Source: Lingula anatina | Taxonomy: Eukaryota; Animalia; Brachiopoda | Length of the DNA: 64,000 nucleotides | NCBI GenBank assembly: GCA_051362555.1 | Contig: CM120643.1 | Coordinates: forward strand, 9,548,001 to 9,612,000 | Direction of reading: 5' to 3' | Part shown: in pieces, positions 36,412 to 51,661 of the stretch | How positions within the stretch are numbered: position 1 is the stretch's first letter | How the letters are laid out: each line of letters opens with the position of its first letter | The notes under the pieces: model-generated | What the model was told of the DNA's origin: nothing | What the model saw: only the letters and a program-made list of their open reading frames with translations | Databases searched by the model: none | Translations under genes and position numbers: made by a program

Positions 36412-36669
36412 GTCTTCATTCACATGCAATGTCTATTTTCTAAATTCTATTTTCTATTCGCGGTATGTCTTATGATCACGGTCTGTGCCCTGAATATCCC
36501 GCGGCGTAATTACTGGCAGCGCGAGCCAGTTACTATAAGTTACTATAAGTAACTGGCTCGCGCTGCCAGTAATTACGCGGCGGGATATTCAGGGCACAGA
36601 CCGTGATCATAAGATAGCGCTGATAGAAAATAGATTTTTAGAAAATAGACATTGCATGTGAACGAAGCC
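36412..36669. mobile_element. Near-perfect palindromic MITE (~258 bp), TTA TSD
   Basis: Arms of about 120 bp fold back around a (gttactataa)x2 centre. Confidence 0.88.
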
Positions 36670-37239
36670 TTAAACGGTGGCTCAGCAGCAGAGGGGGCTA
36701 ATTTTGGTGTCGGGTGGAATCAACAACTGGGCATCTGGAGTACAGTAAGTCTGAGGTCATGCTTGACTTGCACTACGTAACATAGACAGACATGTGCGCT
36801 ACTGAACCACTGACAAATTCAAAGACGTTCCTATTGATTGCTCGAAATCGCACAGGGTGCGACACAATAATTTTGTGACAGACTACTAGCGCACCCTGTG
36901 GTCAGAGAGTAGGCGTACAGAACTGATACTGTCCGTGATGGTAATTATAAATGATAATCACAAGAGCCAAACATGCTGCAGCATGGATTGTGTGCTCCTC
37001 AAGGCGACGAGCCCTACCTACATGTAACCGTAGATGGTTTGCCCACTGACCCCATTTGTCGAGGCTATAAAAATCAACCCTTTACCTTTGCTTTACCATT
37101 AAACCTGACCACAGAATCTTACCGTGTTCAAAATGTCCATTATGCATAACATACATATGCACCTAAGCGTTGTTTATTGACCATTAACTTTGCATCATTG
37201 GTGCCGACCAAATTTTTTCTGGCAGATACATGTATATAA

Positions 37240-37466
37240 GAGAGCATTCACATCGACAAGAGCCAAAGTCTAGCAAGGCCGAGACCTAAATATGGCGGAC
37301 CTACATGAAAGGAAAACCGCGTTATCCTTTAATGGTCTCTCAATGAATGTCAATGAATGTCATAGAGAGACCATTAAAGGATTAAGCGGTCTTCCTTTCA
37401 TGTAGGTCCGCCGTATTTAGGTCTCAGCCTTGCTAGACCTCGGCTCCTCTCGATGTGAATGCTCTT
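37240..37466. mobile_element. Foldback MITE family C, TAA TSD; partial copy at ~5696-5800
   Basis: gagagcattcacatcga...tcgatgtgaatgctctt with inverted arms of about 100 bp. Confidence 0.85.
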
Positions 37467-40113
37467 TAAGATGTATGAAGGAGTGCACAAAAGCAAAATC
37501 TTTTTATATTTGTTTACCACTTTTTCTCTTTTTCTTTCACTCATTCCTTTTTTCTTCCTTCATTTATTTATTCATTAATGCAATCCATCTTTTCTACTTT
37601 TCATTTCTTGGATATGATGAAAATGTTTTCAGCTCCCCAACCTCCAAAGTGTAATTGATATGAACGTAGGACTACATGTACGTTGCCGACTGACCTGTTG
37701 TTTGTGATCAAGCCGTTGGGCAAAGGCCAGGAGAACTTGGCCTACTAATAAGAATTAAAAATAATTTACAAAAATAAGCTAAATATGAAGGCTCAACCCA
37801 TTGTTATTTAAACTTTTTCATGATATCTATGTTATTTTACAGTGTGTGTGAGCGTGTGTGTGTTTAATTGATTATCTAACTAATGACCTCTCTTCTTCAT
37901 CTAGGGCATACTAAGTACATAATTGAATAAAACATGCCTCCAGCTATTCGATCCACATACGGCACTGTGATGTACTTATCAAAGATATTAAGGACATTAC
38001 ACAGAATAAAATTTAATGAATCGTGGTCGTTTGACGATCATTTGGATGGCGAGCATTTTGTAATGAACTAAAGTTAGGGCTAAGTTTGCATAGGGACATA
38101 TGTTCATGCCATGTGTTTTAAGGCTATTCATTGTTGGTGAATGACACTTTATGTCTGCCGTATAAATCAAAATCAGTTTTAAAAAAAGGACAAAGCGACT
38201 ATAGTTTTACTTAGTACCCTGCGCGTAGTTCAGTAACCGCTTTCATGTTCGAAAGTAGGCCAAAAAACCAAATCGTCTTTATTATAGAAGAGCTACAACT
38301 AGAACTAACAATCAAACCCACACTAGAAGTAAGCGCACTTTTTATGTTAAATACTCAAACTGGCGATATTAATTTTTAATTTTCTCTCATTTCATTTCGT
38401 TAATTTTTTTGGTTGGGCATTCTAGTATCTCGTGAGTGTTCACAAATTAATAGCAATAAACACCGTTTGACTTTTACTGCATGTACACTGTACACAAGCT
38501 GACCTTACGTATCCAACGCGAATGTTTTGAAGCCGCGCCCATGGCTCTCTAAGGGTGCGCTGCATACGCAAATATGACAAATCTTTGAAAGACTTATCAC
38601 CGACAGTGGGGATTTAATTTAAATACTGCCAAAAACATCCAGGGGCTATCGAATGATATACTCCTATTATTTATCATCTTGTCCCGTAGCATGCAAGAAC
38701 GTTTCGGAATGTCTCTCCGAAGGGAAACTACATGTACAATGTACCTTCATTACCCGCCCCGAGGTGGCTCAACTTTTGGACGTGAAAAAGCTACAACTTG
38801 GCACATCTGCACATGTCACTTAAACAGTCTACAACGAGGGGCTATTGGCAGAAAAGTAAAAAACATCCATCTATCCACATGATCTCGACTACATGTACAT
38901 CTGGTGATTTCGTTGATAGTCTGATACTTTGTTATATGATAGACAAAGAAATATGCATACAGCAAAGTTTTGGTTCGACTTCAGGAAAGCTTTTGATCAA
39001 ATATGGACTTTCCGAAAGAAGTTATTATGTTGAATCCTAAGATGGACAACAAGTTGAATCTTCTAGTGGACAAAAATATCAAAGTAGAATATATTTAATG
39101 CCGTGTAGGCAAATGATGCCATTTGTTTGAAATAGAAATCAAACAGATACATTTGCAAATATTATCATAATCGCAAGATTAGAATAAACTTACCCATCCA
39201 TTGTTTACCATCCATGTCTTAGTTCATTGCAAAATTTTCTATAAAAGCGATATATCTTCAAAAGAAACAATGTCAGTTAAATACTTAAACAACACTTTGA
39301 TACACAGAACCACCAAGTGGAAACGGAGAATGGTCCAGTTAAAGAACAGCGAAAGCGACAGAGCAAAAGCTGCTTCTTTGGTTGTATGTCAGTACTGCCG
39401 GTGTAACGAAACTGAGGGCCCGTGTAACTTGGGTTCAACAGGCCCGTTGCCAGCAATTTCAAAAGGGGGCTTTTTTTCTGAAAAAGTGAACCTTTACCCA
39501 TATTGGACCTTTTTCCCGGCGAGAAAGGTTTTTTTTTTCGAACAACCCCCCCCCCCTTCCCCCCCTCCCCCCCCCCCCCCCCCCCCCCCCCACCCACCAA
39601 CCCACCGGCTACGGGCCTTGTTAGTCTGTCCTAAGTTGGTCAAAATCTAGGTCAAAGCTTACCTGTGCAAATGAATGGGAAGCGGACTCTCTATCATGGG
39701 AGTCTCTCTCACCTTATAGCGGCTTACTCCATCCTAGGACTTAATATTGAACATTGGGTCCTAATTTTATCCTATGTTCGTTGTATTCCCCTCAAGATTA
39801 AAGGTAAAAGGAATAGTAAAAAAATCAGATCGCTTTAGAACGCCGCCATGGGGCACTGTGCGGTCGGAAACTTTGCACACACATAGCTATATTGGATTTG
39901 TTAAAATGCATTTTTCACAAAATTATCACCACTCCTGCTATTGTGCTGCAGAAAATATTTTCAATTAATACTATTCTGATGCACAACCCTAAGCTATTAA
40001 CAAGGGTCTAGCAGGGAAGGCCAGGTGAGAACAGTCTTAATCGCTCTCAGAGGTAGAACGTCTGGGCCTCGTAACTCGAAAGCATCGCGTATTGCGAATA
40101 GCGATATCACTTA

Positions 40114-40339
40114 GGGTGCTTTCCCAGAGCTTTAGATCGATCTAAAGATTAAGTTTTAAATCGACCTAACTCCCTGGGGGTTCACGCTAAATTGCAGTCA
40201 GCCGAGCGGGCACCATAGTTAATAACCCCCTTACAGCTTTTAGTAGGCGGGACAGACGCTTAAGCCGGCCAAGCTGACAGTAATCTAGTGAGACTCCCCA
40301 CAGGGATAGATCGATCTAAAAATCTATGGAAATGGGGTG
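40114..40339 (+). mobile_element. MITE family A copy
   Basis: Near-identical to 20962-21187; TTA/TTA TSD. Confidence 0.9.
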
Positions 40340-42044
40340 TTAGAGGCTACAATGTATTATATGGGGCGAGTATGGGCGAGTTATGGAATCGAGACGCTTG
40401 CGCTCGGTCTTAATGCCCGATGCTTTCGAATATTACGGGGCCCTGGTTGGTTATGTAATACCTGTAATATAACCTGTAATTATAGACCTTACATTTCAGC
40501 ACAAGGTCACTCACAGAGCAGAAAGGCGCACAGCCAATGAAAGGTCAGAACAATACCTGTGAATATCTAGAAAACAAAATTCTTCCTGTGGCCGTGGTAG
40601 ATGAAAATTTGACCTGTCACGCTTTTATTCTTCCTATATGTGATTGCGGGCATGTAGACCAAAGACTGTTTAAACTAATTCATACCTCAAACAGCGATAA
40701 ATGCTTTTCAAATTCGAGTCATTTGTTTTATTGATGTACTTTGGGGGGTAATGCGTGGTTTTATTACTTTGAGTTATTTAATTACCTTATTGGTTTCGTG
40801 TTATTACTTCTAATTAAACCAATGAATGCTAATACGTTGATTAAATATTCCCATCTACTTCTGATCGCAATAAAACTGAATTCAAGTTTATTCCAAGACG
40901 TAAATGCGGCGTCTCCTGTCCTTTCTATATACATCCTTTTATACATCAACATGGTTTAAGACTTAAGTACGTGAGTGATTTATTTAAGAATGAACTATCT
41001 ACTGTTACAGAAAGACAAACCAGCCTTCTACCAAAGAGCAGTTATATTTGCCAGGTGGTAAACACAAAGGCTTTTTAATCTATGGGCCCGAGCTATATAC
41101 TTTTATGGAATAATCTTGATAATGACATTAGAAATTTGAAAGCCTTAAAAGAATTTAATCAGCCTATTTAAATTTTATCAAAAATGAAATAATTAAATAA
41201 ATAAAACATGCTCTGCTCAAATCAACAAGGAATATTTCAAATGGGTTTGTCATTAATAAACAAACAAAGAGCCCTTCGTATATATTGATTATCTACCGTT
41301 ATATTATTATTTCTAACGAAGAACTTCTTCTAATATTTTTACATATAGAGTGGTGGAATAGTGTCATCCGAGTAAATCAACAGTTACTTTGCGATGTTAA
41401 CTTTTTTCTCACTTTTCAACCCAGCGTAAACTTCGCTCAGCCACATGAATAGGGTTTTTTAAAATTAAATCATTATTATTATTGTTACTTTTTAAAGGGG
41501 TCTCTTTATATCGTAGGACTTATTGATCTTGCGTGTTTTGGTGGTAACGAAAATAGGCTGAAGTGTATAGCCAATACTTCATTACTTAAAATATGTTTTT
41601 CGGCTTCATTAGTCAACAATTCACCTTTCGGGTGGGGCAAAGCCTAATGTTGCAGTAAGGAAGATCGGTGTGTTAGGGTTTTTTTTTTTTTTATCCGCTC
41701 AGGGCTTATTCCCATTGAAACCATCGTACTCAGTAGGTCGATCCAACTGAGTCGGGGACTCTGACTGAATGCATCAGATTAACTGAATGACCCGCCTCTG
41801 GACGATCGCTTTCAAACAGATCTCCTTCAGACCAACAACCACCAACCACAAACGCATATTTAATCACAACAATAAGCACCACAATCTAATGTCATTAAGA
41901 TTTCTTGAAAAGTTTACATCTGATTTTCATCAAAGAGTCGAAATAATATTGTTATTAAGTGGATCATCGTTATTAGAGGCTCGATCTCCTAAACGTTATT
42001 TTGTCAAGTGACGTGGGCCTTTATAATGTACCGATACCCCTTAA

Positions 42045-42388
42045 AGGGATAATAACTCTTCGTATGAGATCTATATTTCACAATAAAAACATTGTGAATA
42101 ACTCCTAGAAATATAATATATTCTGTTTTACCACAAAAATGGCAGTTATAGCTATTATTCTGATATCTGAACCTGGCTTTAGACCATGTGACCTCCATTG
42201 ATGGCTATACTCTGTTAAAAAATCTCTTAAGAGATTTTAACAAAAAAAAAAAAAAACCAACTTTTTAGAAAAAAAACAGGGACTAACTTTGAATATAAAA
42301 ATGGATTCATTAACCATTGGTAAGTAAGGGAAAATTGTTTACTCCAGGAAAATTCATTTTTTGGCCGAAACGAAGAGTTATTATACCT
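42045..42388. mobile_element. Kolobok-like non-autonomous element (TTAA TSD, AG..CT ends)
   Basis: ttaa|agggataataactcttcgt...acgaagagttattatacct|ttaa. Confidence 0.8.
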
Positions 42389-45300
42389 TTAATATTGCCT
42401 TTTTTGTAACTTGAAGATGTAGTTAAAACCGTCTTTTTATGTTATGGTGTGCATGTGCTTTCGCCTTCGTTTGTTTGTTTGTTCATTATCAGCCTAACTC
42501 TATAAGTTATATGCGGATTTTGATGAGACTCTCTGGATCATTTGATAGATTAATAGTTAATCATTCGCCTTGCACTGGCGGAGGTTTGTCCTCTCTGGGT
42601 GGTTTTCTAGTGTTTTTATTGCATTATCATTTAGCGTTTGCTTTATAATAATATTTCGACCAGCTTCATTTTATGCCCCGTATCCAAAGGCTATTATTTC
42701 AATCAAAACTGCTTTAAGAAATTTACATACATAGAAACATAACGTAAGCACGATGATAACACTCTGACGTAAGTTAATCTGTGAAGTATTGCCAATCATA
42801 CTGAATAAAGTTTTAACTTTGCAATTCATACACAAATTTTTGAAAGCGTATATACCTATGGTCACCAAATGTAAACCTTTAAAAGTTTGTGCAGGAACTG
42901 AAAAGTTAGAAATTAAGTCGGAGACAGGCGATGTTAACACGTTGATCGTTAATTTCTACCTCCTCGTTGAAGCCCGAGTTAACACCAGTGTAACATGCCG
43001 CGTAGCACTTGTGTTGCACTAGCACTGACATTTACATGTACATTGCATTCCCTCCAATGAATGCCAACGTAAACTCATGAATTATTCTTACCTGACTTTC
43101 ATTCGATGAGATAGCCTGCGTTTGCCCAACAGAGACTGATGATCGATTCTTCGGCGGCGCTACTTATACCGTATCGTGGGCAGGTGCTGGCTATGTGATT
43201 TCACGTTGAAGTTTTACGCCCTGCACACCTGCGCACGACCCTGTTGACGTCACTTCAGATCACGCAGATGCCGCGAGGCTGTTTTCTCTTCATAATTTTA
43301 AGTACTTCATTAGCATGGAGCATTGGCATATTTTCCTGGTTTCTTTTCTATGTGAAACACTATAAACGTTTTAATGTGCTCTTCCCTCAAGTTTATGATG
43401 TAATTTTTTTTTTTAATTTTCGTGTTGTCGTATTTAAGCAATTCAATTGGACTCTCCATACACTGAATTTAATCGTTCGATGCAAATAATTTATATTTTG
43501 TGTGGTTTAATTTTTTACTTTTTTAGATCTATAATCTACTAATAAATTGAGAATTATTTCAAGACGCAGGAAGTGAATATTTAGAGAGAAACAATCTTTT
43601 AAAGCCGACTTTCAGTTTTCCTTGATGTCTGATAGTTATCTTGTTATTTTCATCTTCACCAGTTCCAGTAAGTCTAAATAATGTACAAAATAAATCAGTT
43701 TTGAGCTTGTATACTTAATCTTTGTCAAAATGTTTCTTTGTCAAGCTCATTTGTACTAAATATATATGCATTCATTTTCAAATTTCAATTTACTGTGACA
43801 CTAAAAAATACAAATGCTCTTTATGCCCTCTAGTTGGGGTATTTTTCCAAAAATAACAGTAGCCCTAACATAAAGTGCTTTGCGTGCTGATCTACATATC
43901 CAAGTTGTAGATAGGCAAATCACGTAGCACATGACCTTAAAAAATCGCTACCATCCAGCCGTGCGGCAATGGGGTAGAATAGCTAATTGATTTAACTCTT
44001 GGTTTGTTCTCTTTGTCGTCCTCGACATTTTACACGTGCCTCAATAGGGTGGCAAGGGGATCACGTGCTGGAGATCAGTATATGTAGACTGACATTGGGA
44101 GGTGGCCTTGCTTGCTTCGCTGTTTACTCTTTGGGCGCTTTCAGAACAGCTGATCCGCGGACTAGCTGACCCCACTTGAAAGCGATGCCGCTAGTCCCCT
44201 AATGGTCTCTCCGCACGCGCCAGACTAGCAGGGTCCTAGCAATTAAATGGATTAAATTTCGGCTCAGAGATTAAAATGCTCTGTCCCTGTTGTGGCGGCG
44301 CACTTGGCAAGCGGGAATCCATTGCCAAGTGCGAGCCATGTTTGATCTAGGGACTAGCTAGTTCACGGATCATCTGGTTGTAAATGCAGCCTTATTAGGT
44401 ACTGATACTATACCATACCCCTCACTTGTCACTGAGCACCAACACCCTGTAGTAGGCCTACTGTAGCCTACCTCTCTTCATAAATGAGTGCGTAAATTGG
44501 CACTGTTTAGGCCACACTTTTTTATTTTTATGGATGACATCCTGCGCGCGCACCGATTTTCGCCCGTTCTCCGAAAAAAAAAAAAAAAAAATCCCCCCCC
44601 CCCCCAGCCCCGAACAAAGTCAGTTGTCGCAAACGTCGTTATTGAATTTGCCAGGAAATGAGTTTTCTGCGCATGCGTATTATCGCGTCGTGGAAATGCG
44701 GCCGCTTTGCCGTCAAGTTCATCTCTAGGATTACTTTCAAATTACACGACAATTAAAGTCATAAAGAGAACGGGTGCCGTCGTTTTGAATTGGTATGCCA
44801 TTGATATTGGGCATGGAGATATCACCTTTTACAATTGTGCGAAAGGCTGGCGGCCGCCAGCGATTATAGCCCGAAAAATTTCAGTGACATTCTGTACAAA
44901 GCAGCACATAGGCTACCAGGTTTTCTGTAGCGAAAAAAGGGTCGACAAGGGCGTCGAGGTATTTGGTATTTGGTATAGACCAGAGATAACTACCCTGTCT
45001 AGGGAGGAGGGAAAATGTTCAGTTGCTTTAGAATACAGATGGAGGATAAGCGTCAACTTCAATAACCCGGTATAACGCTTGCATGACGAGTTGACACATG
45101 TAGGCCCTACTATAAGGGTAGCAGACATCACTTTTAAAATTTATGTTGCTTTTATCCTTCAGTCGTGTTCCTTTTTTTAATACGAAGTCTTAAACTTTTT
45201 ATTCTATCTTACGTACTACTTTTAAAGGTTTTATGACAATAATGCGCTTTTATAGGGCAATTTATGTTGAACAAATATTGTAGGCTTACCTCAAAGTAGC

Positions 45301-45727
45301 ATAACCATTATACATGTATGCTCTGCTGTTTCAAAAAAAAAATTTTTTTTTTGCTTGTTTGACATTCGTTCATATGTTCATGAGTGGGCCCGTTGAGCAA
45401 CTACAGCCCACGAGATTCCTTGTGTTCTCAAGAATTTTTCGGGTGTAGGCCTATTCGAACAATTATTTAATCCAGCTCAAACGTACACCATGCACTACTC
45501 GTAACTCTATGCCTTTACCCGAGAAAACTGATGGGTGCATTCTTCGAGTTTTTACTCAGCGTTCTAACAGAAAAAGAGAAAATTATCTGAGTTGAGGAAA
45601 TTTTCCTATACTGTCTCTTTACCAGTGCTAATTTGCTGCGTTGAAGACTGAACCAAGTTCCAATGCTGGCTCCTCTTGGAAGTTTGTCACTTTGCGCTCT
45701 TTAGAGTTGTGAGTACAGAACGTCAGC

Positions 45728-48700
45728 ATGGCAGACACATTGACGGATATGAAAGTAGATCGGGCTTTAATTGACCCGAATTTCGATGGATACAAACTAT
45801 CCTTGGACTCCATTCCAGTGTACACTAATAACATTGAATTTGGTAAGCTTAACTGTGTGGAAAGTAATCTACTGTACACACTTCACATACTGCTAGAGGT
45901 AGCCATGATTGTTCACCCTGCTTCGCGTACTTACTGTTACTTACCACAGTACATGGAGTACAAGGGTGTCCACACGTTTTTTGTAATTACGTAAGCTAGA
46001 GGCCTGAAATTTAACTCACGGGTTTTCCGTGCAGAGTACTGTGCATGTGAAGGAGGCAAAGTGAAAGAGTTGGGATCCATCCTCCATCACTTATGAGAGC
46101 ATCCACACCCTCTTCCCTCAAAAACTGATCATAACTAAAGGTATTGACCCTATTGCTTTAAAAAATTTACAGACTGAAAACAAGAAAAACTAGACTGATA
46201 CATGTACAGTATGTTGGGTGGGGTGGGGGGGGGGGGCAACAAGGCAAATCACACCGTGATACCCAGGTTCCAAAAGTTACTTAGCCACTGTATGTTACTC
46301 TAAATGCAGGCACTTTCAGTTTCAACAATGATATTGATATATTTTCCAGATCTAGATGAAGTAAAACTGACTTCTGGACAGTACAGTCTGCAGCATCTGA
46401 AAGCATTTGGCATCCACAACCACCTGTTTCAAGACCCCTGGGCCACCAACACTGTCTACTTTGTCAACAGTAGATGGGATATTGTCAAGTTTGTAGCAAA
46501 CAATGTAAGTAACAGGGGCGGTACAGGGCTCGACACTAACTTTTTTGAGCACCTGTCCTTCGGACAGGTGATCATAAATATGACCTGTCCGATTTTTAAA
46601 CCAACCTGTCCAACAAAACCAATATATTTTTTTTCTATTCATACCTAGAACTTTGTAAATTAATATGTATAGTTATACATTTAATGTATTTATTACCAAA
46701 ATACTCAATCAAATGAGCTGGAAAAATGCACCTTAAAGTGAATTTATTTTCAGATAAAAAATTGATTTTTCATACTTGTGAACTCCTGAAGATTAAATCT
46801 TGCATATAAGTCTGATTTAACAATCAGGGCTTCTCCTAGGATTTGGGGTACAGGGTCTACTAATTGTAAATCTGCAATTTGATAACAGATTCACATGAAG
46901 TTTAACAACAGCTAAGGAAAAAAATACCCTGAGTGGGAAGTGGGGAGGGGGTACTGTTAAATTAATTTTATTAAAATATTCAAAATTAATAATATTTAAA
47001 TATAGTTAAATGAAAAGTTAAATAATATTCATTTTATAGTACTTTACATGTATTTATATTAACAATTTAACTTCTTTAGGGGTTATCATGTGTTTGATTT
47101 TTCTTTAATATATGAATTAAATAAAATCAGTATAAAAAGTTCCCCTTCTTTTTATTTAAATTCTCATATTTGTTATTACTAATTTCTTCCTTACATCAAT
47201 ATCATTCTGGTATATGACAGCAATGTTAATTTATCAAATTCCAGCACTAATTTTTAACTGTAAATAACATTAGTGATGCTAGAGTCATTTAAGAAAACAT
47301 CATACAAAATTTCAGGTTATATTTTGGCAAATAAACTACATTTCAACAAGATCTTCAGTCCAAAAGATTTCACTTTCTGTAGTGAGTAGATAGCATACAA
47401 TGTATTTGATTGACAGGCAGTATGTTGCCTTGACAACAAACTAGATATAGCCAGTTCATCCAGTTCAATCTGGCTTTGTACCCAGTACAGTACTTGTGTA
47501 GTTTCTGTTTTTGGAACGGTCTTTATTACTAGTGCATGTAGATTTTGAACTAAATAAATATTCAGTAAAAGACTTGATATGTGAATAGATTTTGTCTGAT
47601 GAAGTTCTGGAGGGTGTTCACTTTCATAATTTGGCGGTAAGTTTACTCAGACTTCGTTTTGCGACTGTATGTATTTTGTGCCAAAAGTAGGTCACTCTTT
47701 TCAATGCCGTCTAGGAAGAGAATAAAAGACGTTAGTATGCAACAAAAATGATTTTTAAAGACTTTTGCTCCAAATTTCTCACAAAACATGACCTGTCCGT
47801 CGGACAGCCAACCCTGCAACTTCACCTGTCCAAACTGAATTTTTACCTGTCCCGGACAGGCGGACAGGCGCTAATGTCGAGCCCTGCGGTAGCGATAGTC
47901 TGAAGGTTCAATAGTCCGCAGGTTCATTGGTCCGAATGTTCACTATAGAACCTTCGGACCAATGAACCCTTGATTAAAAAATCGATGAAAATGTTACCAC
48001 TTTTCGGACCAATGAAACTTCGGACCAATGAACCTTCGGACTTTCGAGACGCCCCCAAGTAACAGACAGGGTCATGGCATAAAATCCCATGATAAGACCA
48101 TAAAAGTAGGGCATGAACTTAGATTAAGTCCTCTGTAGAACATTGGCTCTTTAGAATATTGAACCCACAAATCAATAAGCTTTCAGATGTCCTTTTTTTT
48201 TGCTTTTTCTTTGGCAAAAACTTTGCCCCTCATTTGTACCAGTGAAACTGCAGATTTTTTAATGTGGGATCCACCACATGCCAAGCAGTGCAAACCTTAT
48301 TATGTGCATTTATCATATGCATCCCCTACAAAGCAGGAGCGAATTGAGCCCATCTAGATGGTCAGAATTTTTCAAGTTTACATTGAAGAGCATCTAATTT
48401 TTTTCTGTCAGAAGACAGTCGAAAATGGAAGATGGATCAACAAAGATAATTTGGAAGACTGTCAGAAAATGTCTCTGGATCTGCCTCTGGAAAGAACAAC
48501 AGTTCTTTCAGTGAGACATAATACACTGTAGTTATTTTCTACAGTGGCATCATGTCTTATAATTATTTTATTAATTAAAACTTCCAAGGCCAGCAGTTTG
48601 AACAAAGGTGAGCCAGTGCTAAGGCTGCCAGACGCAGACCAGCAGAGAAGCAAGTCAGGCCGCCATAATGTCTCCTTACATTTCCCCTCGCCAGAAGTCC

Positions 48701-50203
48701 TCACTGTTGCCGATGGCGCAGGAAGGCTGTATGTGGTGAGGACAGGGGACAGAAAGCTGGACCAGGAGTGGAAGGTACATTATATATAGAACTAAACTTG
48801 GGAACAGTCTGTGGAATTTCTGCACACACTTTTACTACTATATTTATTACTATCTATTGAATTTGTTTTCGAGATTGGCGTATATATATATATTTTAATA
48901 TGATTTTGTTATTGCAGTTAATCAAGCAAAAAAAAAAAAAAGTATAAAAAAAATGTACCTCTCCTTGATGAGGCCCTGGTTTCACATACACACACACACA
49001 AACACACACACACAAAAAAAATTAAGTCAGGTTCCCTGACTAAGAACTTAATTGCCAAGGTTACATGGTCACATGCACACATCTTACCGTATCAGGCACA
49101 ATGTTACAGCACTCTCATGGAAGTCCTAGCCAACAAAGCTAGAGAACTGACGTAAGTTTTTTTGAGAAACAGACCAGTAAATATAATTTCTTTATTTTTG
49201 TTTTGATAGGTTTTTTTGGTTTTAATTGTAAATTTATTATTTTCTACTAGGTGGTATTCAGGCATGAAATAGAAGGCCAGAATTTCCAGGTGGTGCATTC
49301 TCTTCTCTCTAAAGAAGGCTGTCACATGTTTGAGGTGGCGCTGCTGTATGTCGAGGAGAGAGACATGGTGTCTGAGGAGGCAGAGGAGATTAAGGGGGGC
49401 GATTTTGTATCAGTTCTGGAGTGGCTTACTTTGACATTTGGTAGATATTAATTTTCATTTCATTTATGTTTTTGGCATTTGTTTACTTGTTTGGAATTTG
49501 TTTTATTTATATATATTATTCTCAAAACAAATTACCATTGTAGAAAGGAACTACAGTATAAATCCATTTTGAATACTACATACATTTTTTTTCATTTCAT
49601 TATTATTATAATGATTATTGTTGTTGTTGTTGATATGTGTAAATACATGTAGTATATTTGATCTATTTAGTCTCCTTGTTCTGGATCCCACTAGATAACA
49701 TGGGACAAAATTGATAAAGTAATCACACATTATAACTTGAATTTTAGCCGCAGAAACAAATGTATGGGAACTGACACGAGTGAGAAGACTGGAAGGCAAG
49801 AGCGCTCCGGATTTCCTCACTCTGGAGCAGCATGGCAGAGGCATGATTGTCGGCAGTGAAAAACATTTCACCTTTGTTTATGATTCTGTGAAGCCAGTGG
49901 AGAAGGCCGAGGTTAAGGAGAGCGCTAGGGCAAATGGCGAAGGTATATATAATATTGTTCTCCCTTCATATGATTTCCTGCTTTTTATGTGTGAAATGGC
50001 TGTAAAAGTGAAGGATTTGTGTATGAAATGGGGATTTTATTAAATTTACATCTTTGTATGTTAATTTTGTGTATGTTAAGACGTACTTGATGTTGCAATC
50101 CAGCTTGCCAAGGTGAAAGTAAGATGTTCACTTGGAAGATCTTTTGTAGAATCCGGATATTTATACCAGTGTTGTCTAGAATATGAAAGGAAAAGCTGAG
50201 GTT

Positions 50204-50245
<42 letters not shown>

Positions 50246-51618
50246 ATTTTTGAGCATTGAAAGTAAATGCAGACATCTGTACATATTCAGTGTGTAAGAT
50301 GTAACCATATTCAGTTTATGTTCACAAAAATAGATGGCAGCACAACATGGCCTGTTTGTGTTTCCAGACAAGAAGGCTCCTGCCTACACCTGGTTCCAAT
50401 CTATGGAAGATCTGACTGTGCATTTCACTTTACCAGAGAATACTAACAAAAAGGATCTTGATGCCGCACTCAGTCATAATTACATTAAGATACGCCTGCA
50501 GTCACAGGTGTTGTTGGAAGGTAATTTCCAGCAAAATATTGACATTGAGGGAAGCGCATGGTACATTGAAGGAAGGAGGTATGTTTTGAATTTTTCAGTT
50601 TGACACATGACCCTGTTCTTGGATATTAGGTTGCCATGTTTTTTTTTTTTTTTTTTTCACATAAATCTACTACTCTTTTAAGTTCTTGTAATATAGCTGC
50701 TGAATGAATTATGTGTTAAGGCTTAATTTCTATATATACATGTATGTGAACTATTAATTTTTTTCATTTCATTCTTATGTACATATGCTTAAGAGATTAT
50801 TAAAAAAATCTTTTTAGAAAAAAGCAGGGACTAACTTTGAATGTAGAAATGGATTCATTAAAGGTACATACGAACCGAGCATCGGTGGAGAGTGGATTCC
50901 CAGTAACACATGTAAACCACTTCTACTAGATTCTTATACGACTCAAATAAATTCGACATGCCAAGGGATAAACTGAATAGATCACTCAATCAGCCATAAA
51001 AGACCTTTAGACTGCTCCTTTCTTTAAATTTATGGTTGTAAATTTAACCTACATTCGTGACCTACAGTACTTTCCTGCCCCATTGACATACAGCTTAGAA
51101 TGCCAGCAGAAAAATCTGTTCAAACATCATTTTCGGGTAAAATTAAACAATGCCTTTTGGTAATTCTCTTAGTTATACTACTTGAATCTATATGCTGGCA
51201 TTTGGTTGGTTTTTGTGACAAAAAATTGACTTTGTATGCATCTTTAACCATTGGTAAGGATTGGAAAATTGCTGTTTATCCCTGGATAATTCATTTTTTG
51301 GCCAAAATGAACAGTTGTTATCCTTTTAAGTTGTGCATTACTAAATTCTGCTTTTCCTCTGTACATTTGACAACTTTGCTGCCTTGTAAATATCATTTTC
51401 TTCATTTATTAAAAAAAAAAAAACTACATTCTGGCGTCAAAATTTCAGACTAGAACTCCAACTGTGCAAGAAAGACCCAGCAATGTGGTCAGCAGTGGTC
51501 AGTGGAGATGACCGTGGAGAAATGGTTGTGGACCCAGCCACGGCACAGGAGATACACCAAAGACTGGAACACTTGACCTCTGATACCTTGGTAAATATCA
51601 CATGTTAACACGGGCAAG

Positions 51619-51661
<43 letters not shown>

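Noticed and set aside
36972-38070. Short ATG-initiated ORFs and a TATA-like motif in the intergenic gap
   Set aside because: No homology cues and no consistent exon chain.
44707-45075. 122-aa ORF with faint resemblance to a LINE endonuclease segment (GYQVF..R..)
   Set aside because: No catalytic motifs and no adjacent RT; cannot be supported without a search.
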